A stretch of 64,000 nt of DNA from a virus. Lineage: Duplodnaviria; Caudoviricetes. This document shows, piece by piece, positions 38,681 to 48,774 of this stretch (the first letter of the stretch is position 1; each line of letters begins with the position of its first letter). The DNA lies in IMG/VR virus record IMGVR_UViG_3300025838_000022, positions 58,798 through 122,797 of that record; one strand, written 5' to 3'. A program made the position numbers and the translations under genes. The notes under the pieces were generated by a model. That model saw only the letters and a list, made by a program, of their open reading frames with translations. It was not told the origin of the DNA and made no database searches.

Positions 38681-39550
38681 ATGTCTTCTAAAGAATTAAT
38701 CCTTAAAACTGCTGAGAAGTATGAGGCTTTAAAAGATAAGATCCTTGATTACACCAAAAGTCCGGGTGACTACAGCATCAAGTACCTTTACTCAAACCTG
38801 GCTAAAAATGCGCACATGGTTGCAAATTCCAATGATTTCCCAAACATTGGCGTAAACAAAACGTCTTCCACTGACCCAAAGACCAACAAAATTTCTACTT
38901 CTTTTAACTTTAGTAATTCACCAGAATTCAGCAAGGCTTTTAATCAGAACCGTGGTGCTTTATCTCAGCTGGCAAACATCCCATTGAACATTAAAGACGA
39001 AGCAGCCCGTAAAAATTACACACCGTGCTTAAAACTTATGGCACACCCGAACGAGGGTGAAACTCTTACTGATTATTTGAATAGAAAAAAGGGTAGGACG
39101 CCATCGTACAAAGACAGACTGTCAAAAGGCATTGACAGTGAAAACCTTCAGCGTTGTCAGAGTGTTTATTGCAGAAATTGCAAAGAATGTAAGCCTCACC
39201 AGGAAGAACTTGTCAAAGCTATCAATGGTATCCTGGATACAAAGCCAGGCAGTGACGACAGACGCCAAATGCACATTAAGAATTTGTTTACAACGCTTGA
39301 CAGCTGGGCTGCTCACCAAGACTCCCGTGGTAACGACAAGGATACATGCAAATCATCTGGAACATTGGAAGGTGATCCATACTTCAACGATGCAAAGGCC
39401 CACAACATGGCCGCATCTGAGATGAGAGTGCTCAAAATCAAGCTACAAAATGCTTATGAAGACGACTATATGAAAAGCGACCAGAAGGGTGGCGGGATCC
39501 ATCGTGACTTCTTTGGTGAAACATACGGTAAGAACAGGGATGTTTACTAA
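38681..39550 (+). CDS. Hypothetical late protein (possible head-internal protein)
   Basis: Charged 289-aa ORF; N-terminal 'ILKTA'. Confidence 0.55.
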   Translation: MSSKELILKTAEKYEALKDKILDYTKSPGDYSIKYLYSNLAKNAHMVANSNDFPNIGVNKTSSTDPKTNKISTSFNFSNSPEFSKAFNQNRGALSQLANIPLNIKDEAARKNYTPCLKLMAHPNEGETLTDYLNRKKGRTPSYKDRLSKGIDSENLQRCQSVYCRNCKECKPHQEELVKAINGILDTKPGSDDRRQMHIKNLFTTLDSWAAHQDSRGNDKDTCKSSGTLEGDPYFNDAKAHNMAASEMRVLKIKLQNAYEDDYMKSDQKGGGIHRDFFGETYGKNRDVY

Positions 39551-42078
39551 TGAAACTAACTGAAATTTTTCGCAAGAAGCAAGCCTCTGCATTTTCTAGC
39601 GAGGTTGACCCGTTTACAACGCTTAATCACTGGGTTAATCCCGGATCGCTTATCGGTAAAGGCTATGAACGTAAGACAAGAAGCACTGAAGATGACCAGG
39701 GTGTTTTTAGAACAACAAAAGAAGTTCGTCCATTTGACAGAACTTTGCCACCAATCTCCCTTGCTAGCCCTAGCGAGTGCAACTGTTCACAAATTCTCGG
39801 CATCCAGGACAAAACCACTAAGGGATTGCGAGTAAACCCAAACGATACCCCAGAAGATGTTGAAGAACGATTAAAGGGTATTAAGAATCTTCACGAAAAA
39901 ACATTCAGCCCAGACATTTTGCGAGATGCTGACGCGTACCGTGATGGTTGGACTCCAGATAACATCGAGACAACCAAGCAATTCCACAAGGAAGTGGTAG
40001 ATAAGTGGCTTGGATTGATGAGAGAACCAGACGATACAAAGCGCCTTAACAACGTTAACATTCTTGCTAAGCTTACAAGAAAGCAGCCTCTCGCTGACTC
40101 GGGAGACGAGTTCAATAACCACTTCTTGATGCACCTTTACAACGCTGGTGATGCTAGCGAGCGCATTACCAAACCAGTCGAAGAGGGCGGCCTTGGCGTT
40201 GAACACCTCGGTAGGAATTTCCGTGAGAGCCAGGGCGTGGCACAACGTGCAGAAGTTGCAGCACGTAAAATGCCAAACTATAACAAGGATAACTGTGGTG
40301 TTTGCGAGCAGTACAAGAACATGTATCAGAGCGACATCCTGAAGTACAAGCAGGAGAACGAGAACTCAAAGGCTAGTGGCGAAGGCGGCAAAGCTTTATT
40401 CCCTGACGACGAGAACAAGTCTGCCATGGAAATCTACCGTGATGTGTACCATGAATTTATGACTAGTCAACGTCGTAAGACTGCCGACAACCCCACGATT
40501 GCTTCTGCTTACAACACGCTGGAAAAGTTTAACCAGCACCAGAAGGAAGCACACAACGTAACGTTTAGCAACATGTACGACAAGTACACGCCTGTTGCTG
40601 ATGACAATGACACCAGAACATACGCAAAGAACCTCTTTGAAAACATTAGAGGTCTTGGCAATGGTTGGAAGCTGCGTGACCGCACCCGCACCCCTAGAGA
40701 GAAGACAAATCCTTTTTCAGATTCAGACAGCAGAAACCGTCCTGGATTCTGGGGGCCTGAAGTTTCTGATGTTGAAAAAGCTGTTGCTAAGAAGATGAAT
40801 TACCCAACAACTACAAACCTTACTGGTATAGGTCTCAATGTAAAAATGGAGACAGAGGCTGACGGTAAGATTCTTAGCCTTATCAAGCCTGAGGGTACAC
40901 CGGCTGGTGAAGGTTCTTATTTCACAAAGTCACCAGCATACGAGCGCACAATTGGTTTGCAGGAATACGATCCATCGGCAGACCCACGCCGTAAGTTGTT
41001 TGATAAGCCGCTTGAAGACGTGGAGCACCCAGAGATCACAAGAGAAGACCTACGCAAGCTTGATATCCCACGTTTCCACAAGTATGTATTCCAAAAGGCT
41101 GGGTTCTACCCAAGAATGAAGTCGCAGGAAGACTATCAAAGCTCGCTTAGCCGTGCTGGTTTTGACCTTAAAATAAAATTTGAAAAAGAACGCAAAAAGA
41201 CTAGACCAGATGTAACCCCATATTCATGGGACCAATTTATTAATCTTCTTGGCAACGAGCACGATAAAGCAGCTACCGAAGCGGAGAAAAGAATCAAGAG
41301 AAGCAGACTGCCAGGTATGGTAGGCCCAACAGCATCAAAGAAAAGAGACATCGAAATGCCAACTTTTAATTCAAGAAATAGCAAGGAAGCACACGTTCCT
41401 TTTGATCCCAATGCAATCGACTTCCATGGTATTGGCGGAGCAATGTGGCATGGTATCAAGGATGTTGGCCACATGTTGAACACACCAATTAACCAAGTCA
41501 GAGACTTGCTGCACTATAAGAATGAGTTTGGTAGTGCTAATGGTCGTGCACAGGATGCAGCATACCAACTTCTTGGTGAAGGTATCGCTGCTGACCAATT
41601 GTTGAAAAGAAAATTTGATACTAGCCTCAGAGAGCAGGCTGGACGACCTCTTGACTTTGCAAAGCGTAAGCTCTATGACCGCAGAGATCTCAATACAAGA
41701 AAGCGTATTTGGGACGCTTGGCCGCAAGAAACAAAAGCGATGATGGTTGATACCCATGGCCGTTCGGCTAACCCCTACCACCCGAACCACGATTTGTCAC
41801 TTGGATATTCATTGGATGAAGATGGCGGTATTACAAGAACATCTAGCATTATTGCATCGTTATCTGATAAAATTGCTGGTGGCGACACAAGAGGCAAGGC
41901 TAAAGACCCAAAAAGCTTTACATACTATGATGCGTTCTCAAGCAACACACCAGTGTATAGAGGCCCTGACATTAACAAAGAATGCGAGCGTTGTGGTATC
42001 CCAATCACAGGCAACAAGAGCGTTAAGTTGTGCAGAGACTGCCGTGATGTGTTGTCAGCCAAACCATCAGAAGACTAA
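39550..42078 (+). CDS. Large charged hypothetical protein (possible head-internal polyprotein)
   Basis: 842 aa; KQA/KTA/KEA/KIA sites; internal 'MPTFNSRNSKEA'; C-terminal Zn ribbon. Confidence 0.6.
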   Translation: MKLTEIFRKKQASAFSSEVDPFTTLNHWVNPGSLIGKGYERKTRSTEDDQGVFRTTKEVRPFDRTLPPISLASPSECNCSQILGIQDKTTKGLRVNPNDTPEDVEERLKGIKNLHEKTFSPDILRDADAYRDGWTPDNIETTKQFHKEVVDKWLGLMREPDDTKRLNNVNILAKLTRKQPLADSGDEFNNHFLMHLYNAGDASERITKPVEEGGLGVEHLGRNFRESQGVAQRAEVAARKMPNYNKDNCGVCEQYKNMYQSDILKYKQENENSKASGEGGKALFPDDENKSAMEIYRDVYHEFMTSQRRKTADNPTIASAYNTLEKFNQHQKEAHNVTFSNMYDKYTPVADDNDTRTYAKNLFENIRGLGNGWKLRDRTRTPREKTNPFSDSDSRNRPGFWGPEVSDVEKAVAKKMNYPTTTNLTGIGLNVKMETEADGKILSLIKPEGTPAGEGSYFTKSPAYERTIGLQEYDPSADPRRKLFDKPLEDVEHPEITREDLRKLDIPRFHKYVFQKAGFYPRMKSQEDYQSSLSRAGFDLKIKFEKERKKTRPDVTPYSWDQFINLLGNEHDKAATEAEKRIKRSRLPGMVGPTASKKRDIEMPTFNSRNSKEAHVPFDPNAIDFHGIGGAMWHGIKDVGHMLNTPINQVRDLLHYKNEFGSANGRAQDAAYQLLGEGIAADQLLKRKFDTSLREQAGRPLDFAKRKLYDRRDLNTRKRIWDAWPQETKAMMVDTHGRSANPYHPNHDLSLGYSLDEDGGITRTSSIIASLSDKIAGGDTRGKAKDPKSFTYYDAFSSNTPVYRGPDINKECERCGIPITGNKSVKLCRDCRDVLSAKPSED

Positions 42079-42089
42079 GAAAGAAGACA

Positions 42090-42590
42090 ATGACTACTAA
42101 TGCAAACGATCTGCCCGGTATTAGACCAGAGGATGTAAAGCAGACACCTGAACAACAGGCACAGATTGCTGCGTTCCTTGCTGATCAGAAGCGTGAAGAA
42201 GAAGAGCTCGGCAAGGAACAACCGATTGAGCTTATGGAATCAGAGCTTATGGACGTATGGCATCTGCTCCAGGAACTACAGTACAAATATGGCAACCGTC
42301 CTGGCACCTTTGCTAACCTCACGTCGCTTCGCAACGAGGCAGATGAAAAGTTTGCTGCGCTTGGATTCCAGGTTGTAGTCGACTGGGTTATGCCTGGCCT
42401 GATGCAGATTAATGGGCAGAACCGCCCAGAGCCACCAACTATTACCATTGTTGGCCGACTCGACGGGTCAGAGTACAACCCTGAGCAGAACCGTTACGAG
42501 ACGGGTGCAGGTGTTGCTGACGCATACTATGATGCTAAGCGTCAGTCTCTTGGCATGAGCAACAAGAAGCTCATTCTTCCTGGGAAATAA
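42090..42590 (+). CDS. Hypothetical protein
   Basis: 166-aa ORF with phage-like codon usage. Confidence 0.65.
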   Translation: MTTNANDLPGIRPEDVKQTPEQQAQIAAFLADQKREEEELGKEQPIELMESELMDVWHLLQELQYKYGNRPGTFANLTSLRNEADEKFAALGFQVVVDWVMPGLMQINGQNRPEPPTITIVGRLDGSEYNPEQNRYETGAGVADAYYDAKRQSLGMSNKKLILPGK

Positions 42591-42592
42591 TC

Positions 42593-43753
42593 ATGTCTAT
42601 TGTTGATGATGGTGAAGACTTTTACAATTTGTTTTTAGCATCATCACGCATTGACGACCACGTTCTTGACTATGAAGACGAAGATCACCCAAACGTTTTA
42701 GCTTTCAAAGATGCTAAAGACAAAGATCATCAGTTAACGTTTGATGCAAGCGATGGTACGCATGAGTTTATCCCACGATCTTTTGGCGGTTATGGCAATA
42801 GCAGAAAAAAGATGGTCACATCCTGCAATGGATATTGTTTAACACACGAAACTTATGAAGGCCATTCACCTGCAAAAGTTGACAATATCAGAGATGTTAA
42901 ACCAAAAACATTAAAAGACGTTCCTCTTTCTCGTTTTGAACAAAGCATGAAAGACTACTACGATAGTAAATATTTTTTTACGCCTAATAGCCAAGTTACG
43001 CCAAGCAAACGAGACTATGATGATGCTCGATCTGCTGACATTGATTCGCAAACGTTTGATAACGCTGCTTATAAACGTGTGATGATGCTTGGTGCCTCAA
43101 AAGATAACGTTGTTGAAGCTTTGAAGAAACACGTTCCTATTGAAGACTATGAAAAAGCTTTGCTTGGCAATGGCTATGATCATGAAAAAGCTATGAAAGA
43201 TACTGCTTACCGTGATAAAAAAGAAGACGGTACGCCAGATATTAGCCCCTATCACAGCCATTATGCAAAAATGGTTAAGGTAAATAAAAAGATTACTGAG
43301 AGCGCGCCAGTTGTTCTAGATAAAAATAGAATGTTTTCAGACAGCGATTACAACAACGAAGTGCAAAAGCTTTTTAAGCATCACCTTGCTAGGTTAAACA
43401 GTGGCAATGACACTATGGACCCACAAGATAGAAAATGGATGCTAAGCGAATGCACAAAACTAAACCCAGATTTAAAAATGGACTACGATGGTCCAATGGC
43501 TGATCCTATCTTAGATGCGAACAGCTACAACAGGATTGTTAAAAATCTTATGGCTCATCATTCTTTGAAGAACTTTCACACCACTAGCATTGGTGGGCAA
43601 ATCATTAACAATAGAAAAATGAATGCTGTCCTAAATCTTGCTAGCCACAGGGACTATGCGTTTGAATTTAGTGGCATCGATGACAAGCATGAAAAAGAAA
43701 GAATTGGGTTGAACCCGCCGCAAATGCAGATCAGATATGAAGAGGGCAAATAA
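42593..43753 (+). CDS. Hypothetical late protein
   Basis: 386-aa D/K-rich ORF. Confidence 0.6.
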   Translation: MSIVDDGEDFYNLFLASSRIDDHVLDYEDEDHPNVLAFKDAKDKDHQLTFDASDGTHEFIPRSFGGYGNSRKKMVTSCNGYCLTHETYEGHSPAKVDNIRDVKPKTLKDVPLSRFEQSMKDYYDSKYFFTPNSQVTPSKRDYDDARSADIDSQTFDNAAYKRVMMLGASKDNVVEALKKHVPIEDYEKALLGNGYDHEKAMKDTAYRDKKEDGTPDISPYHSHYAKMVKVNKKITESAPVVLDKNRMFSDSDYNNEVQKLFKHHLARLNSGNDTMDPQDRKWMLSECTKLNPDLKMDYDGPMADPILDANSYNRIVKNLMAHHSLKNFHTTSIGGQIINNRKMNAVLNLASHRDYAFEFSGIDDKHEKERIGLNPPQMQIRYEEGK

Positions 43754-44514
43754 TGAGTGAGTTCGCATCAGGCTGGGACGACAGCGAGTTCGATAGACCA
43801 GAGGGTGAGCGCATTCACCGTGTTGTTCCGCCGCTAATGGTTGGATTCGACCTTGAAACAACTGGCTTGGACGTTAAGCATGACCAGCCAATCTCTTATG
43901 GTTTTACAGAGTACCGCGACGGTAAGCAGACGGGCGTCAAGCATCACTTCATTGTCAAGCCAACCGTGCCAATCCATGAGAAAGCATCAGCTGTAAACGG
44001 TTGGACAGCGGAAAAGCTAGAGAGAAGCCACAACGGCGAAATCGTTGAGGACTTTAACGGTAACAAGTATGCTCCTGCGCTAGACCCAAGAGTCGGCGTT
44101 CAAAAGGCAGCGAGCATCTTGGCAGATTACCAGAAGCAGGGCGCAGTTATTGTCGGTGCTAACCACCACAAGTTTGACTTCCCTATGCTCTCTAATACAT
44201 ATAAAACGCTCAACGCATTCCCTATCGAGACAACTGGCCTGGTGCCACCACGTGTAACCGATGAGAAAAAGCCAAAGGTTATTTACGACCCAACGGCTAT
44301 TAAAACAATTGACGTTATTGAGCACGATAGAAGACTAGACCCAGAGCAGTACCCTTCTAATCACCCATCGTACCGTAGTCGATCACTAGAAAACCTTACA
44401 AAATACTACGGCGTTGAGCCAAGTACCCACATTGCTAGCGATGACGCCCGCGCATCAGTCGACGTGTACCTTAGGCAGGTTGAGAGAAATAAAAAAGGGA
44501 TTATGAACCTATGA
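43753..44514 (+). CDS. DEDDh (DnaQ-like) 3'-5' exonuclease
   Basis: ExoI 'FDLETTG', ExoII 'N..KFD', ExoIII 'HIASDD'. Confidence 0.88.
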   Translation: MSEFASGWDDSEFDRPEGERIHRVVPPLMVGFDLETTGLDVKHDQPISYGFTEYRDGKQTGVKHHFIVKPTVPIHEKASAVNGWTAEKLERSHNGEIVEDFNGNKYAPALDPRVGVQKAASILADYQKQGAVIVGANHHKFDFPMLSNTYKTLNAFPIETTGLVPPRVTDEKKPKVIYDPTAIKTIDVIEHDRRLDPEQYPSNHPSYRSRSLENLTKYYGVEPSTHIASDDARASVDVYLRQVERNKKGIMNL

Positions 44515-44792
44515 GCGATTGGAACCTCCGTTACGCCACTGTTGGTGAGAGTGGCATCGATTATGCACAGGCTGTCCCATGCACAAAGGATAGTAAATGC
44601 GGTTTTTGCAACCATTTAAACAAGGTTGAGGCTGCTAATAAGGATGAAAACGGCAGAGCTGTTGATAAAGATCACGCCAGCATCATTAAAATGATCAAAA
44701 AGTTGCATAAAGATGGTGTATACGTAAATAATGAGCCATATTTTACACCAATTTTAACTAAGGCTGCCAGCAAAAGGAGCAAAAATGCGTAA
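44511..44792 (+). CDS. Small protein with WNLRYA leader
   Basis: MSDWNLRYA-; CxxxxxCxxC. Confidence 0.65.
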   Translation: MSDWNLRYATVGESGIDYAQAVPCTKDSKCGFCNHLNKVEAANKDENGRAVDKDHASIIKMIKKLHKDGVYVNNEPYFTPILTKAASKRSKNA

Positions 44793-45066
44793 GGTATCTA
44801 GAGCAGATGAGTCATACGATGTTAACTTCCGCACAACATTGAAAGATGATGTTGTTGAAACTGTAGTTAAGACAGCTGGCGTGTGGCCTAATCAAAGAGA
44901 TTACGATGTTCACAAAGAGCACCTCAATGAACTGTTGCAACATAACATCGATGGTGTCAAGTGGCACACAAAACAAGGTGACCACCGTGCTGCGCAAAAG
45001 CATGCTGCCGTTGTTGGTGCTATCACTGGCACGCTTGCTGCGATTGATCAGCTTGAGAAACAATAA
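44785..45066 (+). CDS. Hypothetical protein
   Basis: Coupled ORF; internal 'VKTAG'. Confidence 0.6.
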   Translation: MRKVSRADESYDVNFRTTLKDDVVETVVKTAGVWPNQRDYDVHKEHLNELLQHNIDGVKWHTKQGDHRAAQKHAAVVGAITGTLAAIDQLEKQ

Positions 45067-45239
45067 TGTCTTGGTTAGAGCGTTACGCTAGCGATAAGCC
45101 ATGGGACGAAGAGGATCCCGATCACGGTGAGCACAGCAAGCTAACACCAAAACAAAAAGCAAAAGCAAAGGCTCGTGCAAAAGCGCATGGTCGTCACTAC
45201 CCAAACTGGGTGGACAATGCTTGGGCCTCTAAACAATAG
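45066..45239 (+). CDS. 57-aa protein with WLERYA leader (below the ORF-track cutoff)
   Basis: ATG 45066 to TAG 45239: MSWLERYASDKPW...KAKAKARAKAHGRHYPNWVDNAWASKQ. Confidence 0.7.
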   Translation: MSWLERYASDKPWDEEDPDHGEHSKLTPKQKAKAKARAKAHGRHYPNWVDNAWASKQ

Positions 45240-45248
45240 GAGATAATT

Positions 45249-45800
45249 ATGAATTGGAACCTCCGTTACGCTAAGGACAAGGAAGAAAGCAGCAAGGGAT
45301 TCAAGCCACCGGCAGGTGTGCAATCAGCTGCTCGCCATGCTCTTAAGCTTATTGAAGATGGTAAAGCTGGTGATGGTTTTACTAGCGTTGGCCGTGGTCG
45401 TGCCCACCAACTTGCTAACGGTGAGACGCTTAGCCTAGCTACAGTTAAGCGTATGCACTCATACTTTTCACGTCACCGTGTTGACAAGAAGGGTAAGGAC
45501 TGGAACAACGACAGTCCCGGTAAGGTTGCATGGCTTGCATGGGGCGGTGACGCTGGTGCATCATGGGCTGCAAGCATTGTAAAGAAGCATGGCGGTGGTG
45601 ACAACAAGAAGGAAGCTGCCAGGTACAGAGATGAGAAATGCTTAGAATGCCGAGAAAAAAATCGGCAAAAAGACAGCCCCTTTTGTGGCCAAGAATGCCA
45701 GAGCGAATATACATTTCACAGAGAGTTTGGACCAGAAGGGTGGCACGAAACTCGTTACCCTGGACCACCAGAACCTCGTAGAGAACCAGAAGAACTCTAA
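45249..45800 (+). CDS. Head-associated protein with WNLRYA leader
   Basis: Domain 'PP.GV..AA..AL...G.T.VG..RA.QLA.GE.LS..TVKRM.SYFSRH..DK...AW.AWGGDAG..WA', which I recall from phage head-morphogenesis proteins. Confidence 0.65.
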   Translation: MNWNLRYAKDKEESSKGFKPPAGVQSAARHALKLIEDGKAGDGFTSVGRGRAHQLANGETLSLATVKRMHSYFSRHRVDKKGKDWNNDSPGKVAWLAWGGDAGASWAASIVKKHGGGDNKKEAARYRDEKCLECREKNRQKDSPFCGQECQSEYTFHREFGPEGWHETRYPGPPEPRREPEEL

Positions 45801-46045
45801 TGAACTTCAACGAGCGTTACGCTAAAGAAAAAAATAAAAAGAAGGATCACTACCAGTATATCAAGAAGCGTGGTGACCAATGGGTCATCATCCAAAAGGG
45901 TACCGGTAAGGTGCTCTCTCACCACGACACGCGTGAGAAGGCTATTGCTGCATTCCATGCAATGATGGCCTCTAAGCATGGTAACATTAATTTAGACCCA
46001 AGTGACTGGCGCAACGATTACATGGATCTCGACGCAGACTGGTGA
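45800..46045 (+). CDS. Small basic protein with FNERYA leader
   Basis: 'IKKRGDQWVI..K.TGKVL..H.T.EKA'. Confidence 0.65.
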   Translation: MNFNERYAKEKNKKKDHYQYIKKRGDQWVIIQKGTGKVLSHHDTREKAIAAFHAMMASKHGNINLDPSDWRNDYMDLDADW

Positions 46046-46048
46046 TAC

Positions 46049-48046
46049 ATGCCAAAGATTACAAAGAATAGTAATGCTAACATCCTGCGTGGACAGCAAG
46101 ACTTCTTTGAGATAGCCAAGAAAAGCCTCAAAGAAAAGGCTGACCTACCTGATATTGTCACGTTTGCTGAGCACTCGAGCTTCCTGGGTGGTAGCAAGCT
46201 TTTCCCACGTCAGCGAACGCTTCTTAAACTTATCATGCTTGAGACAGAGAATCTCACAGACTATGACTACGAAGTCATTGATAAGTGGACAAAGAATTTT
46301 GATTTCAACGGTGATAGAATAGGCGTAAGCCCGGACATCCTTGACCGGATCGAATACTTGAAAGAAAATGGTTACAAGCATTTCCGTGAAGTGGTAAACA
46401 TCACGGGTCGTCGTGGTGGTAAGGGCCACATCGGCGGAATCCTGGGTGCATATAAGAACTGGGAACTGCTTATGCTTGACGACCCCCAGTATTACTACAA
46501 CATTGACAAGTCTAAGGACCTTTACCTTTTCTGCGTTGCTACGAACATTGAACAGGCTAAGAAATATCAGTTTGCTGACCTTGCGAACACGATCATCAAT
46601 GCTCCATGCTTCCAGCCATATATCGCTGACGCTAAGGAACACTTCCTAGCTTTGCGTACGCCTGCTGACATCAGACGCATCGCTGCATTTGAATCGAGAG
46701 ACATCAGACCTAGCCGTTTGATCGCTAGTATCCGTAACATGGCTGTGACGAGTAACTCTAAAGCCTCGCGTGGTGCTGCTGCCTTCGGCGTTATGTTTGA
46801 CGAGTTTGCACACATGTTGGTTGGTACGGGTGGTGCAAGAACGTCTGACGAAGTATACAACGCTATTACTCCTGCATTGGACCAGATGGGTAAAGATGGT
46901 TTGATTTACGTGCCGACGTCGCCATTTACCAAGGTGGGTAAGGCATACAGTCTATACGAGGCTGCGCTAGAAAAAGATGAAGATGGCACTCCAAAGTATC
47001 CAAACATGATGATGGCACAGCTACCATCGTGGGGGCCATATGAAGACTGGGATGACCCAAGATTTGTATCGTTCTACCGCCGTGCACCTCAGAGCTACGA
47101 CGAACAGATGAAATCCATGGAAAAGCGTGAGCCTGACACGTTTAGGGTTGAGCGTTTGAGCCAATGGGCTGAAGTTACCAACGCCTACCTCAATCCAAAA
47201 ATGGTTGAGCGTATGTTTGATCCGTTTATTGATGCTAATGGTGAGCTTCGAGAGCTTGAGCTACAGCACGAAGGCAAATTTAGTATTGTTTACACGGGCC
47301 ACTGCGACCCATCAAAATCTGGTGCTAACACAGCAGCCATGATTGGTCACGTAGAAAAGATCGCTGACCCTGAAGATGGTGAAGAGTGGTACCATGTTAT
47401 TATTGACTGGATCAAGGTATGGGACCCAGAAAATTACCCTGATAATCAGATCGACTACGAAGAAATTGAAGAAGAATTGGTAGATACGTTGTGCAATTTC
47501 CGTACAACTAAAGTATTCTCGTTTGACCAGTACGGTGCGTTTGTTACATTGCCACGTTTGAAAAAGCGTTTGCAACAGGTTAGACCTGCCCACCAAGTTA
47601 AAGTGCGTGAGGAAAAATTTACCAAAGAAAGTAACATGCGCCGTGCTGAGCGGTTCAAATCTGCATTGGGTATGAATTGGGTACACTCGTTCCGTGATGT
47701 GTATGGCCCTAATGGTAGCAGTTTGCTGGAACAAGAGCTAAAGTTCTTGCAAGAGGTCAATGGTCGAGTTAAGAAGCAAGATATTGGACCTATCCGCACA
47801 GAAGACTTAGCAGACTGCCTCATGGTTATTGTTGATTCTCTGCTCGAAGATAACTTCGTTAAGCTAGAGATGCGAGATAAACTTGGTCAGACACAGTTGT
47901 TGTCTGGTTCTCAGGGTGGTTATCACACCCGTAATGCAAGCGATATGCAACCTGTCTCTGCTAGAGATAGGCTACGTGTGTTTGGTGCTCAACGTGCACA
48001 AAGAGATTACGGGGGTATGTCCCGTGGAAGGTCAGGTAGACGATGA
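46049..48046 (+). CDS. terL: Terminase large subunit
   Basis: Walker A GRRGGKG, Walker B VMFDEFAH, 'TSP' coupling motif, nuclease acids (HCDPS, FDQ, EDLAD). Confidence 0.9.
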   Translation: MPKITKNSNANILRGQQDFFEIAKKSLKEKADLPDIVTFAEHSSFLGGSKLFPRQRTLLKLIMLETENLTDYDYEVIDKWTKNFDFNGDRIGVSPDILDRIEYLKENGYKHFREVVNITGRRGGKGHIGGILGAYKNWELLMLDDPQYYYNIDKSKDLYLFCVATNIEQAKKYQFADLANTIINAPCFQPYIADAKEHFLALRTPADIRRIAAFESRDIRPSRLIASIRNMAVTSNSKASRGAAAFGVMFDEFAHMLVGTGGARTSDEVYNAITPALDQMGKDGLIYVPTSPFTKVGKAYSLYEAALEKDEDGTPKYPNMMMAQLPSWGPYEDWDDPRFVSFYRRAPQSYDEQMKSMEKREPDTFRVERLSQWAEVTNAYLNPKMVERMFDPFIDANGELRELELQHEGKFSIVYTGHCDPSKSGANTAAMIGHVEKIADPEDGEEWYHVIIDWIKVWDPENYPDNQIDYEEIEEELVDTLCNFRTTKVFSFDQYGAFVTLPRLKKRLQQVRPAHQVKVREEKFTKESNMRRAERFKSALGMNWVHSFRDVYGPNGSSLLEQELKFLQEVNGRVKKQDIGPIRTEDLADCLMVIVDSLLEDNFVKLEMRDKLGQTQLLSGSQGGYHTRNASDMQPVSARDRLRVFGAQRAQRDYGGMSRGRSGRR

Positions 48047-48453
48047 ATTGGAACACTCGCTACGCTAAAGATGATGCAAAGAAACGCATCATGAATGAAT
48101 TAAAACAAAAATATCCAGGTAAAAGAGTAATCGATGACGCGGGTAGCTATTTTGCCTTGTTAGAAGAAGCTAGTGATCACCCTGAATATGATAGAGCTAC
48201 TCAGGTTGTGACAGCACCTACCCCTCCGCACAAGCACGAACACACTACACACATTTATAAAGCAATTGATACTCCTTTTAATGTTCATGTAGATAAAAAA
48301 GTTGTTAGAGTTAATCCTGGTGAAAGTTTTACTGTTAAACCCAATACTGTTCACTGGTTGTCTAACGACCCTGGGACAGAATGCTGGTTGGAAGTAATGT
48401 CAAGCCCGGGCATTCCTGATAAGAACCCAGACGTTGTTAAGGTTAAGCAATGA
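48043..48453 (+). CDS. Cupin-domain protein with WNTRYA leader
   Basis: 'PPHKHEHTTHIY' and 'PGESFTVKPNTVHW' cupin motifs. Confidence 0.75.
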   Translation: MNWNTRYAKDDAKKRIMNELKQKYPGKRVIDDAGSYFALLEEASDHPEYDRATQVVTAPTPPHKHEHTTHIYKAIDTPFNVHVDKKVVRVNPGESFTVKPNTVHWLSNDPGTECWLEVMSSPGIPDKNPDVVKVKQ

Positions 48454-48773
48454 ACTGGAACTTACGTTACGCTAGTGAAAAAACAGCCGGAGAAATTTGG
48501 GATCTGTTTAAAGATGTAGGCGTTGGTTTTAGAGATGCATTCTCGCCCAACCGCGATGCTTTTGGCAATCTAAGAAAAAACCCTTCACAATGCAAAAAAT
48601 GTGATAAAGATTTCTTTGATGCAAAAAAGCCTAAGCACAATATGTCAGACAGAGAATACTGGACTCTTTTTCAAACAGGTCAACATCACCTAATACCGAT
48701 GCAGCAACGCAGTGATAAGCATGACGATCTTTGTGTAGATTGCGATGAAAAAAGCAGTTGGATGGACAAATAA
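48450..48773 (+). CDS. Small Zn-binding protein with WNLRYA leader
   Basis: MNWNLRYASEKTAG; CKKC...CVDC. Confidence 0.65.
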   Translation: MNWNLRYASEKTAGEIWDLFKDVGVGFRDAFSPNRDAFGNLRKNPSQCKKCDKDFFDAKKPKHNMSDREYWTLFQTGQHHLIPMQQRSDKHDDLCVDCDEKSSWMDK

Positions 48774-48774
48774 G

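Noticed and set aside
26385-48046. Inteins or introns in dnaE, recA or terL
   Set aside because: Lengths and motif spacing are normal, with no intein splice motifs (C/S...HN) or LAGLIDADG blocks.
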